A DNA stretch of 64,000 nt from Botryllus schlosseri (GCA_051294905.1 CM119384.1:15624001-15688000), one strand, 5' to 3'; positions 24,833 to 37,599 are shown, counted from the first letter of the stretch. Notes: generated by a model from the letters alone, not told the origin. Made by a program: numbers and translations.

Positions 24833-25883
24833 TACTCCTCAAAAGAGATGCATTAGTGAATCAATTCCACGTGATAACAACATAGAGACTGAAGAAACAA
24901 TGGTTTTCTATTACATGAGTTGAAAGTTTTCAAACTTAAATATATTGGATTGCATGCTAAGTGTTTTTGTATTGTAGGCATTAGCTTTATTGCTAACATA
25001 TATATTGGAAGATAACCATAATCTCTACTCAGAGCACCCATAAATAATTGAATTAACCCAGTTCTCTAGGTAGTCTTCTATGGGTGTATCTTTGTTTTGA
25101 TGTCTCAATCATTCATTTGGAGTGATATGAGTGAATCCCTGCAGCTATTATGAACACTTCAACAGGTCCTTTGTACATCTTATATATTCCCAGTGAATTG
25201 AATTGATGTTATCAAGTTTAAACTGACTGACAGGCGACCTGTTTATATGTTAATCAGTCTGAGCTATATAGCCAAGTGGTTGTGGCGAATTTACTAATAA
25301 AACAATGAGAATTCATGTCAGTACAAACACTCACTAATTTCTGCCTGGCTAAATTTGAGAAGTAGGAAACAAGTACTTTTGTTCCAAATACAGCTTACTC
25401 AGTGATCAGCCCACTGCTCACATCACTGCAAACACTCAACTAAACTCAAATTTCATGATTGTTGGTCTTAGAACCATTGACTACTAATAACACAGAGAGA
25501 AAACTCTGTTTATAACTATATTTTAGGAATTCCTAAACTAATTTCATGAGTTCCACTCAATTTTGACAGGACCAACATCCTTCCCCATCACAAATTGTCA
25601 GGAGAGCAAACAAAAAACATATGTCAAAAGATACTTGATTAATTAGATCAACACACACACCTGGACTTACAGCAATATAATAAATCATGTACATTGACTC
25701 TTGAAGGTGGCATGCACAATTGAATTCATTGAGTGGGGAAATACAGAAACATATATAGCATAAGTATTACATTAAAATAAAGTATGCAAGAAATGTGTCA
25801 AGCATGCTAAAGTCGTAATCTGGTCAAGAGCATTTTAACTCAAAACTGCTGACAACCATGCTTTCTTGAATATGGAGCCTTAC

Positions 25884-26043
25884 CTTCATCCTTATTATCC
25901 GAGTTGTCATTTCCTGCTAGTAAAGTCGGTATATTCCCCTTTTCACCATTGCTTTTATCTTCTTTATTGACATTAGACGCACCGTCATCCATCATTTTAT
26001 ACTTCTCCACAACCATGCTCACTGGCTCAGCACTTTGATAGAT
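25884..26043 (-). CDS. Zinc-finger gene internal exon (IYQSAEPVSMVVEKYK...DNKDE)
   Basis: cctctag acceptor, g|gtaagg donor, 160 nt, phase 0/1. Confidence 0.75.
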
Positions 26044-26753
26044 CTAGAGGCAAGTTTGATTCTAATCAAAACCAACACACACATGCACTTTCTGCGCAGT
26101 AAATAGTCAAGTCAATCCTGTTCTGTGCAATAGTAAGGAATTGCTTATACATACACGAATCAATGGTCAGAGAAGCCCTATCATTACATCACCCCATTAA
26201 TAGTGAGTAACCTGTCTTCTTACAGATAAAGGTAAGGAGTAAAGCATCACAATTCATACTGTACATAAAAATTTCCAGTCTGGTATCTTATGCCAATAAA
26301 AAGAAGCCACATATTTCTATGAACCAGTATACACCACAGTAAAAGTAATACTGACATTCACAGTCACGCTGGTCTACTATATGAACCACTCATTACTACT
26401 ACAGACATAATAGCATTACAAAAATACATTGCTATGAGTCATGGAGATTTCTTCATAATATCCTATTCTGAGATTAACTCATTTGACCCTAATCTGCAAA
26501 ATCATACAAACCCTAGAGAGTCTACCACTGTATACATGTTTATATTGACCTACATTAGCATTACTACCATGACACCTCATTATACTTTCAGACATTTATC
26601 ACATACCTTTCAAGCAAGTCACATATACTGAAGTAATAATGGAAAGAGACATGAAATCTCATAAGCTCATTGTTTTATAAAGGCGTGCACCATCATTTAA
26701 ATACACTTGAGCGAGTATTGGTAATAGGAGACAAAAAGTAATAAGACACTGAC

Positions 26754-26967
26754 CTGGTTCCTTTCATGCTTCAACTTATAATGCCTTCTCAAGTTAATGT
26801 TGCTTGTGAACATTTTCGAGCATTCTGGGCATCTGTGCATCTTTTCCATCTTGCCGTCCTCTCCCATGATCTGACTGGGCGGGAGGTCTCGAAGATTGGT
26901 ATTTTTAGCAGGGGAGTTCCCGTTTTTGTTTCCATTCGAGGATGTGTCCTTACCACAGTAGTTGGAT
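26754..26967 (-). CDS. Zinc-finger gene exon with C2H2 finger 6 (HRCPECSKMFTSNINLRRHYKLKH)
   Basis: aatgcag acceptor (phase 2), cag|gtcagt donor (phase 0); canonical C-x2-C-x12-H-x4-H. Confidence 0.85.
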
Positions 26968-27181
26968 CTGCATTGATTGAACATGGAGAAAAGAACAGTC
27001 ACTCAGGTCTCTCAGAACTGCTAATTGGTCGGAGCAGTCATTTTAAAAGCGCAATATGTAGGCAGGCAACTTTGGAAATTAGTTTGGCAAGTCGTGCTCC
27101 AAGCTGACTTTAAAAGATAACAGCCCATCACAGAGTGCTGCAGAGGTCACAGTTACCATTCTTATGGTTATGACATAGGAG

Positions 27182-27421
27182 CAGAGGTGGTCAATGGTCT
27201 AAAATAAAGCACCTCTTTGTGAGTACTCAAGTACGTTTTGCGTGCTTGCACTATCTGCTATAGTGGTTCCACCTAAAAGTTTTTGGACTTTACGTAAAAC
27301 TAGACCTAGAATGGTTACTTTTTACTTACTTGGAAATCGCTACTAACACTTATACTTGAATATTTATTGGTGACATTACTTCTACTTCTACATGAGTAGA
27401 TGACTACTTTGACCACCTCTG
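27182..27421. mobile_element. Short non-autonomous hAT-like element (TIR CAGAGGTGGTCAA)
   Basis: TIRs at both ends, TSD CATAGGAG/CATAGAGG (6/8), ACTT-rich interior. Confidence 0.7.
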
Positions 27422-27444
27422 CATAGAGGTCATATTAGAGTTGA

Positions 27445-27690
27445 GATATGATATTCTTTTTCGCCTGCACCATCGAGACGCTTCAACGATGGAGATGTGA
27501 TGCGACCGTAAGGTCACCTAGTCTGCACCCCCGTTTTTTCTCCTCCATGCTATCCGTGGATGCTGAGCGCCTAGCAGGATAGCTGCGGATACTAGTTTTC
27601 GAGTCTTTGGTCTGACCTGGCCGGGGATCGAACCCACAACCTACCGATCGAGAAGCGAGACGCATCACCATTACACCATCTCGCTTGGCT
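27445..27690 (-). mobile_element. tRNA-derived SINE
   Basis: The minus strand has A box TGGTGTAATGG and B box GGTTCGATCCC, then a non-tRNA body (ggtcagaccaaagactc...gctaggcgctcagca) and an A-rich tail. Confidence 0.7.
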
Positions 27691-28252
27691 ATTACACTTC
27701 AGCTGCGTGAAACCTGCCTTTAGAAGCACCATCTTTCATTCGTTAAATTGCAGTTACACAGTCTGGCAACATGAAAAGTTCTGACTGTCCTTGGTAAGAC
27801 GCGATCATGGTAATGTAAAATATGACACAATTAGTCTCTCTATCCCAGAGACGGCAAATCGATCCATACCTTTTCTAATTCAGGAAGCAATACTGCCATT
27901 GATTTGTTTGGTAATTTTTCATCCCTTAAAAGCATTGCGCACTGCGATACCATGACAAGACATGATAACCTCGAAATGAGTTTGAGAAGTCTATTAATCA
28001 AACATGGACTGAATTTTGCTACTGACGAGTATCAATCGAAAAGGTTTTAGCGAATAATGAAGTTATTTTTCGTGGACTTGAATATGGAATAGCCTTAAAA
28101 TGATGCACGTTAATTTCTAAAAGTGTGCGCTGGGCAAGAAAATATGACCAGAATCAGTGATAATCCTGCAGTATGATGTAACAGTAATTTGGTCGGAGCA
28201 TGATAGCAAAGACCGGGGATTGCATGAATGGAAAAATGCATGAGATACATAC

Positions 28253-28410
28253 GCAGACACTCCTTCTCCCATCAGAGTACCGCTGATGTGCTGATCAAGC
28301 TTTAAATACGCAGCAAAATCGATATTCTCTTGAAATTCATTGCTCTTGTCGGTTTCAAACACTTTTCCACTGCCATCGGCTCTACCGTTTTTGGTATGTT
28401 TGCCTTCATT
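28253..28410 (-). CDS. Zinc-finger gene internal exon (NEGKHTKNGRADG...GEGVS)
   Basis: gatacag acceptor, gc|gtatgt donor, 158 nt, phase 0/2. Confidence 0.75.
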
Positions 28411-28476
28411 CTGTATCATAATATAATAATCACAATATTAGGAATACCTATTTCGCATTCGGCATTGATAACATAC

Positions 28477-28581
28477 CGTAAACCCAGACTTTTGCGCCTT
28501 CGTCTTTGTGACTTTCATTTTGTGCATAGATCTTAAATGCTTGACCATGTCGGTACGTTGTATGAAACCCTTATTACATAT
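28477..28581 (-). CDS. Zinc-finger gene exon completing finger 5 (ICNKGFIQRTDMVKHLRSMH...)
   Basis: Absent from the ORF track. cactttcag acceptor, gtatgt donor; joins HTCK of the upstream exon to give C-x2-C-x12-H-x4-H. A 66-nt intron follows. Confidence 0.9.
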
Positions 28582-28736
28582 CTGAAAGTGATCGTTTTCA
28601 TAGCCTCAGATGCGCACGCACATTCGAAGACAGTTCTCGGCAAATTATACTGCCAAGACAGGAGAGGAAACCGGATGTACTAGTATTGCCTACTGATAAT
28701 ATAGGAAACGTGCAATCACTCGCCAATTTGACTTAC

Positions 28737-28955
28737 TTTACATGTATGAGGTCGATCGCCCGTATGCGTACGCTCGTGCCTGCGTGCATTTGTGGAAGTG
28801 GGAAAGGTTTTGTTGCAATATCCACATTGATAAGGGCGTTCTCCCGAATGCGTGCGCTTATGCCTTTCGAGTTCATGTCTTGTAGAGTAAGGCCTTCGAC
28901 AGATATCGCACTTGAATAAACTGACTGGGCGGCGCGGCTCCGTGGTGTGATTTTC
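28737..28955 (-). CDS. Zinc-finger gene exon with fingers 3 and 4, TGERP-type linkers and the start of finger 5
   Basis: FKCDICRRPYSTRHELERHKRTHSGERPYQCGYCNKTFPTSTNARRHERTHTGDRPHTCK; ctttcaaacag acceptor, gtaagt donor. Confidence 0.95.
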
Positions 28956-29179
28956 CTGTTTGAAAGGACAAGTGTTTTGGAATAGTTGCCAATAAAAGCC
29001 GTGACCTTTCCATCTTCCAGAGACCAAAGAAGGAAATCTATTCATGGTGTTATCCGGGAAATGAACATAGATTCTATATGTGTGGACAAAGCACTAAATA
29101 ATTTTGTGTGATAAGACCTAAATTATTCTGATGAAATTGCAAAGATGAATAAGTAGGGCCAACAGAATAAAGGTAATAC

Positions 29180-30072
29180 CAGTGACATGCGGCCAGGGGA
29201 GGCAAGTGAGGCAGCACCTCACCTGTCGTCAGGATGAGTAAGAGTAAATTGAGAAACCTTCAATGAATATAACGCCAATAATTATGGGTATTTTCTATCG
29301 ATATTCATGAATGACTAATTCTAAAACATTTTTACACCAAAAATCAGGGAATTCGGATATTTGTTGTTTAAATATATAGCGCGAAAGGAGGTGTGAGGCG
29401 CAGACGGACCTGTGTGTGAATGGTGCTATTGTCATAGATAAGAAACAAGTCGTCAACTGAATCAGCTACAATTTTGGGTTTATATATTTGTGAACCGGAC
29501 TCTAAAGCAGGGACGGGCAACATACGGCCCGTGGGCCGGATGCGACCAGAGATGGGATTTTGCGCGGCCCACAGACAGTTGCCGGTCGTACATGATAATG
29601 TGGCCCGCGGCAGTAGTCTGCCGCAATTCTCCACTATACTTGCATATTACGTCAAATTATAGTCACTGTGGGTTATTCTTTCTTTTTCCGGACAAAAATA
29701 GTAGTGAATATGTTAGTTACTATTTAGTTCTTTGTTTTCTTTGTGTCCGGCATGCAACCAGATTACAAAGAGCCTGTTCGCAGCTTTCATCGACTGCAGA
29801 TGTCTCATTGAATTCAACAGCTACCGAAATACATTACGTTAATAAATTCATTGGGAACTGTTTTGGTCTCCATGCTTCAAACTTAAAGTTAACACTAAAT
29901 ACGAATAATCCTTGTGAGGGTGGATTAATACGAGTTTAATGTATCGATTCAGGAGCCCGGCCCGTCAAGTACTTCATTTTCCTATATCCGGCCCGCCAAC
30001 TGGAGAAGTTGCCCACCCCTGCTCTAAAGGAATCAGTGCCTCACCAGCCATGAAACGCACCGTACGTCACTG
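29180..30072. mobile_element. Non-autonomous hAT element (TIR CAGTGAC[A/G]T[G/A]CG) with a nested Charlie-like MITE
   Basis: Perfect TSD GGTAATAC (29172-29179, 30073-30080). Confidence 0.85.
29508..30021. mobile_element. hAT/Charlie-like MITE (TIR CAGGG..GGGCAAC)
   Basis: Perfect TSD CTCTAAAG; cggcccg subterminal motifs. Confidence 0.9.
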
Positions 30073-31043
30073 GGTAATACTATATTATAAGGGACTTAGT
30101 TCTGTTTTGAGAGATTTTTAAATCTTGCTGTACTGGTTCAGCATCTGCTCAACTGGTGAGTGTTTCAGTGCAACAATATTGCCATTGTATAAATGCTGCT
30201 CAATTCATCCAAATTATGTGTGTTCATAAAATCTATGATGAAAATAATTACTGATGTGTGTATCAACTGAAAGATTCAAAAATATGGATGAATATATTTT
30301 GTATGAAACAACAGAAGTTCAACTTTTCCAACACAATGCAGCCAATGTATTATATGGATAGACAATCTTGGCCATACTGAATGGTTCAATATTTGCAAAG
30401 CTTTGTAATTCTTTTTTTTCAGACTTCCTTGGTCATTGAAAACGGGGCGTCGGTCTGTAATTTTGTGGAGGTTTGCACAGCCGCGGCCATCTTATCAGAT
30501 TATGTTTCTAGCTCCATTCATTGCGCATTTAACTATCTTTCCGGAGTCAATTGCAACGGTGCTGTGTAGGACATTCAAGGCTAGTGGACACACAATATCT
30601 GTAGGAATTTAAACACATATACCGTACCACCACTTGATTATTTTACACGAATGCTTACGCTAGAACTTCCGAGAAATATGCAAATACTAAAACTGTATGC
30701 ATGTGATGTGAGTCATCAATATTTCAACAGTGTTGGGCTACCGCGCCTCTACGCTAGGCAGTTTTCACTGAAATAGTAGTACAAATTAATTTGAACGTCA
30801 CATTATCTCTATCATAAATTGGACATGAGTGAATTACCAGTTTCTGAATCCGGGAGTCAAAAACTAAAAACTGCTTAGAATTTGAAAAATCGTCAAATTG
30901 ATATTATGCAAATTCCATCACAATTTATGTTTCCATCCAGCACAATTTCAAACTAAGCGAGTGAAAATTCTCACTATTCACCACAAAAGCGTAAGAGTAT
31001 AAGGTCTCGCGTTCAAAATGTATGAAAACGGCGGATTATTTAC

Positions 31044-31168
31044 CAGGCAATGGACGTGCAATTCATTCTTATGCTTAAAATAGATAAGGCTTCTTGAACA
31101 CATTTTGCACGCATAGAGGTGTTTGTCTTGATCATCCCCATAGATATCAGCAGGCTCCTGTGATTCAC
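31044..31168 (-). CDS. Zinc-finger gene exon with atypical finger 2 (YACKMCSRSLIYFKHKNELHVHCL|ENH)
   Basis: ttattttcag acceptor (phase 1), gtaaat donor (phase 0). The final His is supplied by the next exon. Confidence 0.75.
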
Positions 31169-31754
31169 CTGAAAATAACATTGGGTTATCAGAGGAAATC
31201 ACAATGCAATATACAACAGCATATCATTCTCCTACTGATGAAAACTCACTTGATCTGTGATATTTTACTTACAACTCATTCGTTCGTTAATACTTCATCA
31301 CTTCAAAACTGGTGTAAACGAATTGTTGCCTATTGGAGCCATATTGCATTTCCTCTACATGCTCCAACTCAAGGTTGTATCAATGCTACTTTTTCAAGCC
31401 AAATATTAATTAGTTTCAGGTTAGTGACTTCTGCATAGTTGCATCACATCATATCCATCTCCACATGATGCAAATATGAATGAAATTGCCATATGTACCA
31501 CAACAAAGACAGAGTGCACGGCTTCCTGATTCAGAAGTGATAAAACAATAGCACGTTTCCAGTGTTGGAACAAAACATCAGTGGATGCCATTATCAGGGG
31601 TATGCGAAAAATGTAGTCTTGTACTCTTGTCTTTAGTCAATAGTTACACCCAGATGTACAAATTACGTTTCTTTGTCAATATGCATACCAATGAAGACTA
31701 AATCACACAGAATTAAAACTCGCATTAACGTGCGATTCAAATAAGCAAACGTAC

Positions 31755-31891
31755 CAGCTTCGGTACTGGTTTCCGCATTCGCTGTCGCACTTTCCGTCCT
31801 GGGAGGAACATACTTGGGGTTTATATGCCTCCGCGTGTAATGGCGTCGAAGACTGAAGGATCGCGGAAACGTCATCAAGCATATGTCACAC
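31755..31891 (-). CDS. Zinc-finger gene exon with finger 1 (CDICLMTFPRSFSLRRHYTRRH)
   Basis: ttttttttcag acceptor (phase 2), g|gtacgt donor (phase 1). Confidence 0.85.
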
Positions 31892-32602
31892 CTGAAAAAA
31901 AGTAATCATCACCGTTACCCTATTTGATACATTTGAGATTTTTTACAGTCGCAAGCAATTAGTGGCAAAGTATTTGTACTTGAAGGGAGCAATGGTGGAG
32001 CAGCCAGATAAACAAGTATATTTGATGAATTCAGGTGGCATTTCAGGCGTAATGGTGACGTGACATCCACTGCCATCTATGCAGCCGACATTGTTTAATT
32101 GTAGCCAGTAGCGCTAGCGTCGAAGGTTTATCGAGGCTCCTCCTCACCTGTGCCGCTCGTTCTTATGGTGTAGAAAATGCCCAGAAAGGATCCAATGAAT
32201 GATGTATACAAGGAATCGAACAAAAAGGACAAGCAAGAGCAGGGCCCTAACAGCAGTTTGAAAGTCCATAAAACAAAGATGGTCTGGGGACCCCCATAGG
32301 GTGATCAAAACAACTTCTGGAGGATTTCGATCTCCAGACACCCTTCTGTGTGAAAATTTTGGAGGTTAATAAATGAATTTTGTCAAAAAGTAATGGTATC
32401 CACGCAGAGTACTAACTATTTTCTATGTTCTCTCAGCCCACATAATCAGGTGACTTTAAAAAATGTAGGGAACATACAGGGTTGTAACCAAGTCTCAAGG
32501 TTCCGAGTCACAAGTCAATCTCACTTTTATAGTTTTGACTCGAGTCGAATCATTTTCAATTCACCAACTTTGACTCGGGTCCGAGTCCAAGTTAGTATGT
32601 TC

Positions 32603-35172
32603 CAGACATGGGGTGATTACTTCACGAATGTAATCGATTGCGATTACGATTACTTGTGAATCACGCGATTACGATTACGATTACGATTACAGCAAAATCA
32701 GGAAGTAGTCGATTACGATTACGATTACATTTCAAAAGTAATCACGATTACTCACGATTACATTTGTTTTGCTTCTTATAACTAATATATTGGAAGAGAT
32801 ATTGGAGATATTGGAAGACAATATGAGACTTTCGATGAAAATAAGGTCTAATGATATAACAACTTTCGTTATAAATCATACGTCATTTGCTTGTTACGTC
32901 ATAATGCACCCATTGCGCAACTCTATTCAGGATTATTCGTCGCACCCAACGATTTGCATTCTTGCCAGGTCCGTAACTGCCACACCACAAACTCCCCAAT
33001 AGAACCGGTAGCGAGCTCTCAGGGGACTCAAAAGTATTTCGTAAATCAAAATAAATTATTATAAAGTACTTTCAAGGGAGTTAATTAACTTGAAAATTTT
33101 CTTCGAGCTTGATTTTGAAATACATACCTCTCCCCTCAAGAAAAAAAAGCATGCATCATTTATAGGAATATACATTTCGGTGGCAGTCATTACCCCGCCA
33201 CGACACACCAAAAGACGTATGCAATTTTGGCCAACATGCAACTCCACAAAGTGTGCAGCCAAAGAATGACCATGGCCAAAACTTTGGGTATGTGTCCAAA
33301 CTGTCCATTGTCAGTAGCCGCGCTCTGTGGGCGTAATGAATAGTGCGGTCCCTCCAATCTGAGCCCCAACAATGCAAATGCTAGCCGGGGCACTCACATA
33401 AGAATGAAGACATTACAATTTGTGTGTGCGTCTCACAAATGGTTTTCTTTTAGTCTGCTACGTTTGGGCGACTACAGTATCTTTTGATTATATAGAAGGC
33501 GGGAGGTCACGAATTAACAACATACAATAAATTAATTATCACAACATACCAGATGCTATTATTATGAATTACGTGCCCCCAGCTCTACCGGTAAATTTGA
33601 ATGAATAGCGATATAATGCAATTACCAATACTATGATGAAATTCAGTCATCAACTTGAAAACTGACCACCATGGGGCCCCAATACCCAGGGTTGTAATGA
33701 CTCGAATCGCAATTATTTGTTGACTAGACTTGACTCGAGTCATTTTTTCAAATGCTTAAATTGACTCGACTTGAGTCAATTTTTGTATTGACTCGACTTG
33801 AACTCGAGTCATTTTGCATGACTTGAACCAAGTCATATGACTCGAGACTAGAACGGCCAAGACATACATTCCATGTCACTTCGAAGAATAGTAAAGTTTA
33901 TTATTTTTATTTCGTCTATCAGTCCTGTTACATGGAAATAGGGCCGTAAATCGTGAAAACTGATGAAAATTACTATATTATGAATACGAGCCATTCTATA
34001 CCACTCGAGCAGAGTTGAAAAAAGTGGGTTGAACCGGATTGATTTGAAAACTGATCTGTGAACATAACGACCTGGACTCGTACTCGAGTCAAATACTATG
34101 ACTCGGACTCAACCCTATACTAGCTGACTTGGACTAGGACTTGACTCGGGGGTGAATTGAAAATGACTCGACCTGACTCGAGTCAAAACTATGAAAGCGA
34201 TATTGACTTGTGACTCGGAACATTGTGACTTGGTTACAACCCTACCAATACCAATGTTTGGAGTGGGGGACGAATTGCTGTTTTGGTCCTGATTGTACCT
34301 ACAACCCACGCTAACATGGTGTATAAGCGGATGGCTATGGCGACAGGTATAAATGTCGAGTGAAGAATTGTGAAATAACGATCGGCGCACGTTTCAACTA
34401 GAGTCGTATGAGAATAAGATAAAGTGAACTCAAAATTCTACCTTCCACTTAATACAGATACTGCAGGCTGCCGTTACGAGAAACGGCAAAGAACGGCTCG
34501 GTTATAATATAAATCAGCAGATGTTGATTATACCATCGTAATGTTTTATTTGACGAGTACACAATTTCAAATCTTTGTCCGGCGTACGTACAATACCTAC
34601 GTATACTACATAGATAGATAGACCTGCTGCTCGCCAAGCAGCAACGGCCAAACTGCGTTTAACTAAGCATAACCAAACATCAATACATAAGTTACTATTA
34701 GAAACTAGGCAGAGTGGTGATTATTATCTTGCTGCGAAGTAGTGGCGTCAGGAGCGTATTGCTAACCTGATATACGACATAGCTTACACTGTTCTAACAA
34801 TCACACAACAATGTACATCGGATATATATTTACTACGTGTGGATGGGATACGTCTTACGCAAGGGCGAGCAAAGCTAATACTTCTGACGTAATAATGAGC
34901 AGTGGCGTTTGAAAATCAACCGTCTGCGTTATCAATAACCTGGTAGAATATCTCTTCCTTGTTCACGAATGTTCGGTTATGTCAAATTCATTGTACAAAT
35001 AAAAAGTAATCGTTCTTTCATGAAGAAATCGATTAGATATGTGAAGTAGTCGATTACGATTACGATTACTTTGGATTTTTTTCGAATGTAATCGATTGCG
35101 ATTACGATTACTTGAAAATGGTGTAATCGTCGTAATCGATTACGATTACTAATCGCGATTACCCCATGTCTG
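32603..35172. mobile_element. Family B hAT element (TIR CAGACATGGGGT, GATTAC arrays), middle layer
   Basis: Perfect TSD GTATGTTC (32595-32602, 35173-35180); (GATTAC)n/(GTAATC)n subterminal arrays. Confidence 0.9.
33687..34244. mobile_element. Uninterrupted family A hAT element (558 bp), inner layer
   Basis: TIRs [C/T]AGGGTTGTAA; perfect TSD CCAATACC. Confidence 0.92.
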
Positions 35173-36897
35173 GTATGTTCACTGTTCAGTTTTGAGTTCA
35201 ATCTGGTCCAAACCACTTTTTTCAACTCTGCTCGAGGGATATAGAATGACTCGCATTCATAATATAGTATTTTCCTCACTTTACACAGTTTCTGGCCCTA
35301 TTATGCAAACAGCAGTACTGATAGACGACATACCAATAATGTGGTAACTTTACTATTCTCTGAAGTTACAACAAAATGTCTGTCTTGACCGTTCTAGTCT
35401 CGAGTCAATACAAAAATTGACTGAAGCCGAGTCATTTTACGCATCTGAAAAATGACTTGAGTCAATTTGAGTCACGAAAATATCGCGACTCGAGTCGAGT
35501 CATGACTTGAGTCATTACAACCCTGGGAACATAATTCTTCATCTAAAGTCATGCTCATGTCACACGGTTAAGACTAATTCAGGTTTTTGCGGGTTAGCTT
35601 CGAGCGAGTCGATTGCTAGTGATTACTTTGTTGAAGCATCCTGTTATTTTGTGACCTCCGGTAAAGGTTGTCGTTACTTGAGAGATATTGAAATCGCTCT
35701 CACGAACCAGACCAAACTAAAGGAAACACGGGCTCATGAGTCAAATGCGATTCCAAATTCTCATTTCTTCATGGGGTGTAATGTTTTGTTCTGTGAGTTG
35801 CATTTATATCGCAGGGCTCAGATTGCAAGGACAGGACTATCAGGCTTCAGCGATTTCGGCATTAAAACATAACAATATCGAAGGTTTCGGCACACCACTT
35901 GACTAAAGCCTCCTCACCGCCTCAAGCCAGGCTAGTAAAATACTGTTCTTTAATAATTGCGAATACAGTCAGATTCTGCTCTGTAAATTAAACGTAGTTT
36001 TTATTTTTTGGGGGGGAGGGGTCCACATTAAAATCAATAAATCTAGTGACACTAAAGCGCAAAGAAAAATTTAAAGCTAAATAAACCTGCCTAAAAAAAC
36101 TCTACTTCATGTTAATTTTAAAAATGGGCTGTGGGGTTTGGCCTTTTCGTAATCTGGCCACGCCTGTGCCTCAAGCGGATTGTCACCAGTTTGCATCATA
36201 TCACCACTTTTAGTCACAGTTTACTTGTTTTAAGAGTTACAGTAGTTAAGGCTTGTTTGCTACTGCTTTGGTAAGTTGTGTCTTGAGGAAAGTGTATTTT
36301 CATAATTGTGTTGTATAGTTAGCCTTGAAGATTAACTTCATAATTTTCAAAGCAAAACAATCACACTTCTGGAACTGAAAATCCAGACATCACTGTTTTT
36401 CGTTGTACCGTAGTTTTACAAAAATTAGGTATGAGCCGGTCAGTTTTTGGGTCACCAAGGCAAGTGACGGTCTTTTTTATTAGTATATCGTGGTATCAAA
36501 AAGTGGGTGACAAAGAGCAAGTGTCAGCGCCCCTGACCTATATGGTAGTGAGATCAATTGGATGTCTATAAGATCACCAATAAAGCAAACACTTTGACAC
36601 CTGTTGCAAAAATGTCCCATCATGTAGATAAATTGAGAAATATGAAAATTCCATACTTGTATGCCGTAGGTCCACCGCATACGTTTTGAATAATATGGTC
36701 CTTTTGCATCTAAAGATCAAAACGAATTACCAGGACTTTATAATCATAATGTATAAAAAATAGTTCACCTACTTCAAGAATACTATTATTATTATTATCA
36801 ATAAACAGTCAAAATATGAAGTAGTACAATCAGAATTGGCATGTCAACAGCATGGCGATTTCTCTACCAAGATCAGAATTCTGTTCTAACCTCTCAC

Positions 36898-37007
36898 CAT
36901 TTCTTTCATTTCTATTGATATTACATGGCCTTGACATTACAGTAGACTTCACTACAATAATCAAGTCTTCATTCGCGCTCACAAACTTTTCTGTATCAGC
37001 ACTGCAT
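36898..37007 (-). CDS. Possible internal exon (…EKFVSANEDLIIVVKSTVMSRPCNINRNERN)
   Basis: Open frame within ORF 36830..37087, g|gtgaga donor; alternative acceptors give starts at 37007 or 36990. Linkage to the 31891 exon is not resolved. Confidence 0.3.
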
Positions 37008-37599
37008 CTGATTACAAATAAAGTGAATTTGTAAGAATATATAATGTACCTTGAATTTGAACTTGTTACTTGGATCCAATGTATCATCCTCTGTAGAATA
37101 TAAACAAATTACTATTTGAAGAAGAATGTTTGTTAAAAACAGAGGTGCTAGAGGTCTTGACACTCCATGTAGGATATTTGCCAACTGTAACAAGCATAGT
37201 ATGCGGACAGTAGCCTACATCATTACAGTACACGAGTACAGTAGACCTATATCATAAATAAGAGTAGCCCACCAATTATTGGCTAATAAAATTCTACTCT
37301 TTCAGAAGTATGATGACACTGGGGGCGCACCAGAGCTCCAAGCTAGTTTGAGTGCTAGGATAAGAAGAACAAAAGAGGACATAATTTAGAAATGTGACAT
37401 AAGAGAGGCGAAAGTAATCATCAGCTAAACAGTGATGATCAAGAATACTAATTAAACAGGGGCACTATGCTCTGTATAAGTTGTCTTAAATTGAATTGAA
37501 AGTCAGAAAAAATTGAAATGTATTGATAATGAACTGAGCAGTGTGCATACAGTTAGTAGAGACTGCCCTAGTTTGCACACAATGACAAAGATACTAAAT

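Larger units (their letters stand above)
32477..35525. mobile_element. Family A hAT element, outer layer of a three-level nest
   Basis: TIRs CAGGGTTGTAA; perfect TSD GGAACATA (32469-32476, 35526-35533). Confidence 0.9.

Noticed and set aside
27600-27690. Possible tRNA gene
   Set aside because: A and B boxes are present, but there is no convincing acceptor stem and it continues into a SINE-type body and tail.
30420-30600. Possible exon between fingers 1/2 and 3, with a YY1-like aagatggccgc motif
   Set aside because: All minus-strand frames from candidate acceptors hit stops, and direct 31044-28955 joining completes the finger.
32630-32765. (GATTAC)n arrays and the GACTCGAGTC/AAGTC arrays as CRISPR, telomeric or satellite repeats
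   Set aside because: No repeat-spacer architecture; they are subterminal repeats of TSD-bounded hAT elements.
35928-36168. Segment flanked by a gcctcaagc direct repeat
   Set aside because: TIRs do not match each other well; possibly a decayed hAT element but unsupported.
37297-37358. Strong minus-strand acceptor suggesting an exon
   Set aside because: The phase-compatible frame stops after 17 codons and no good donor was found.
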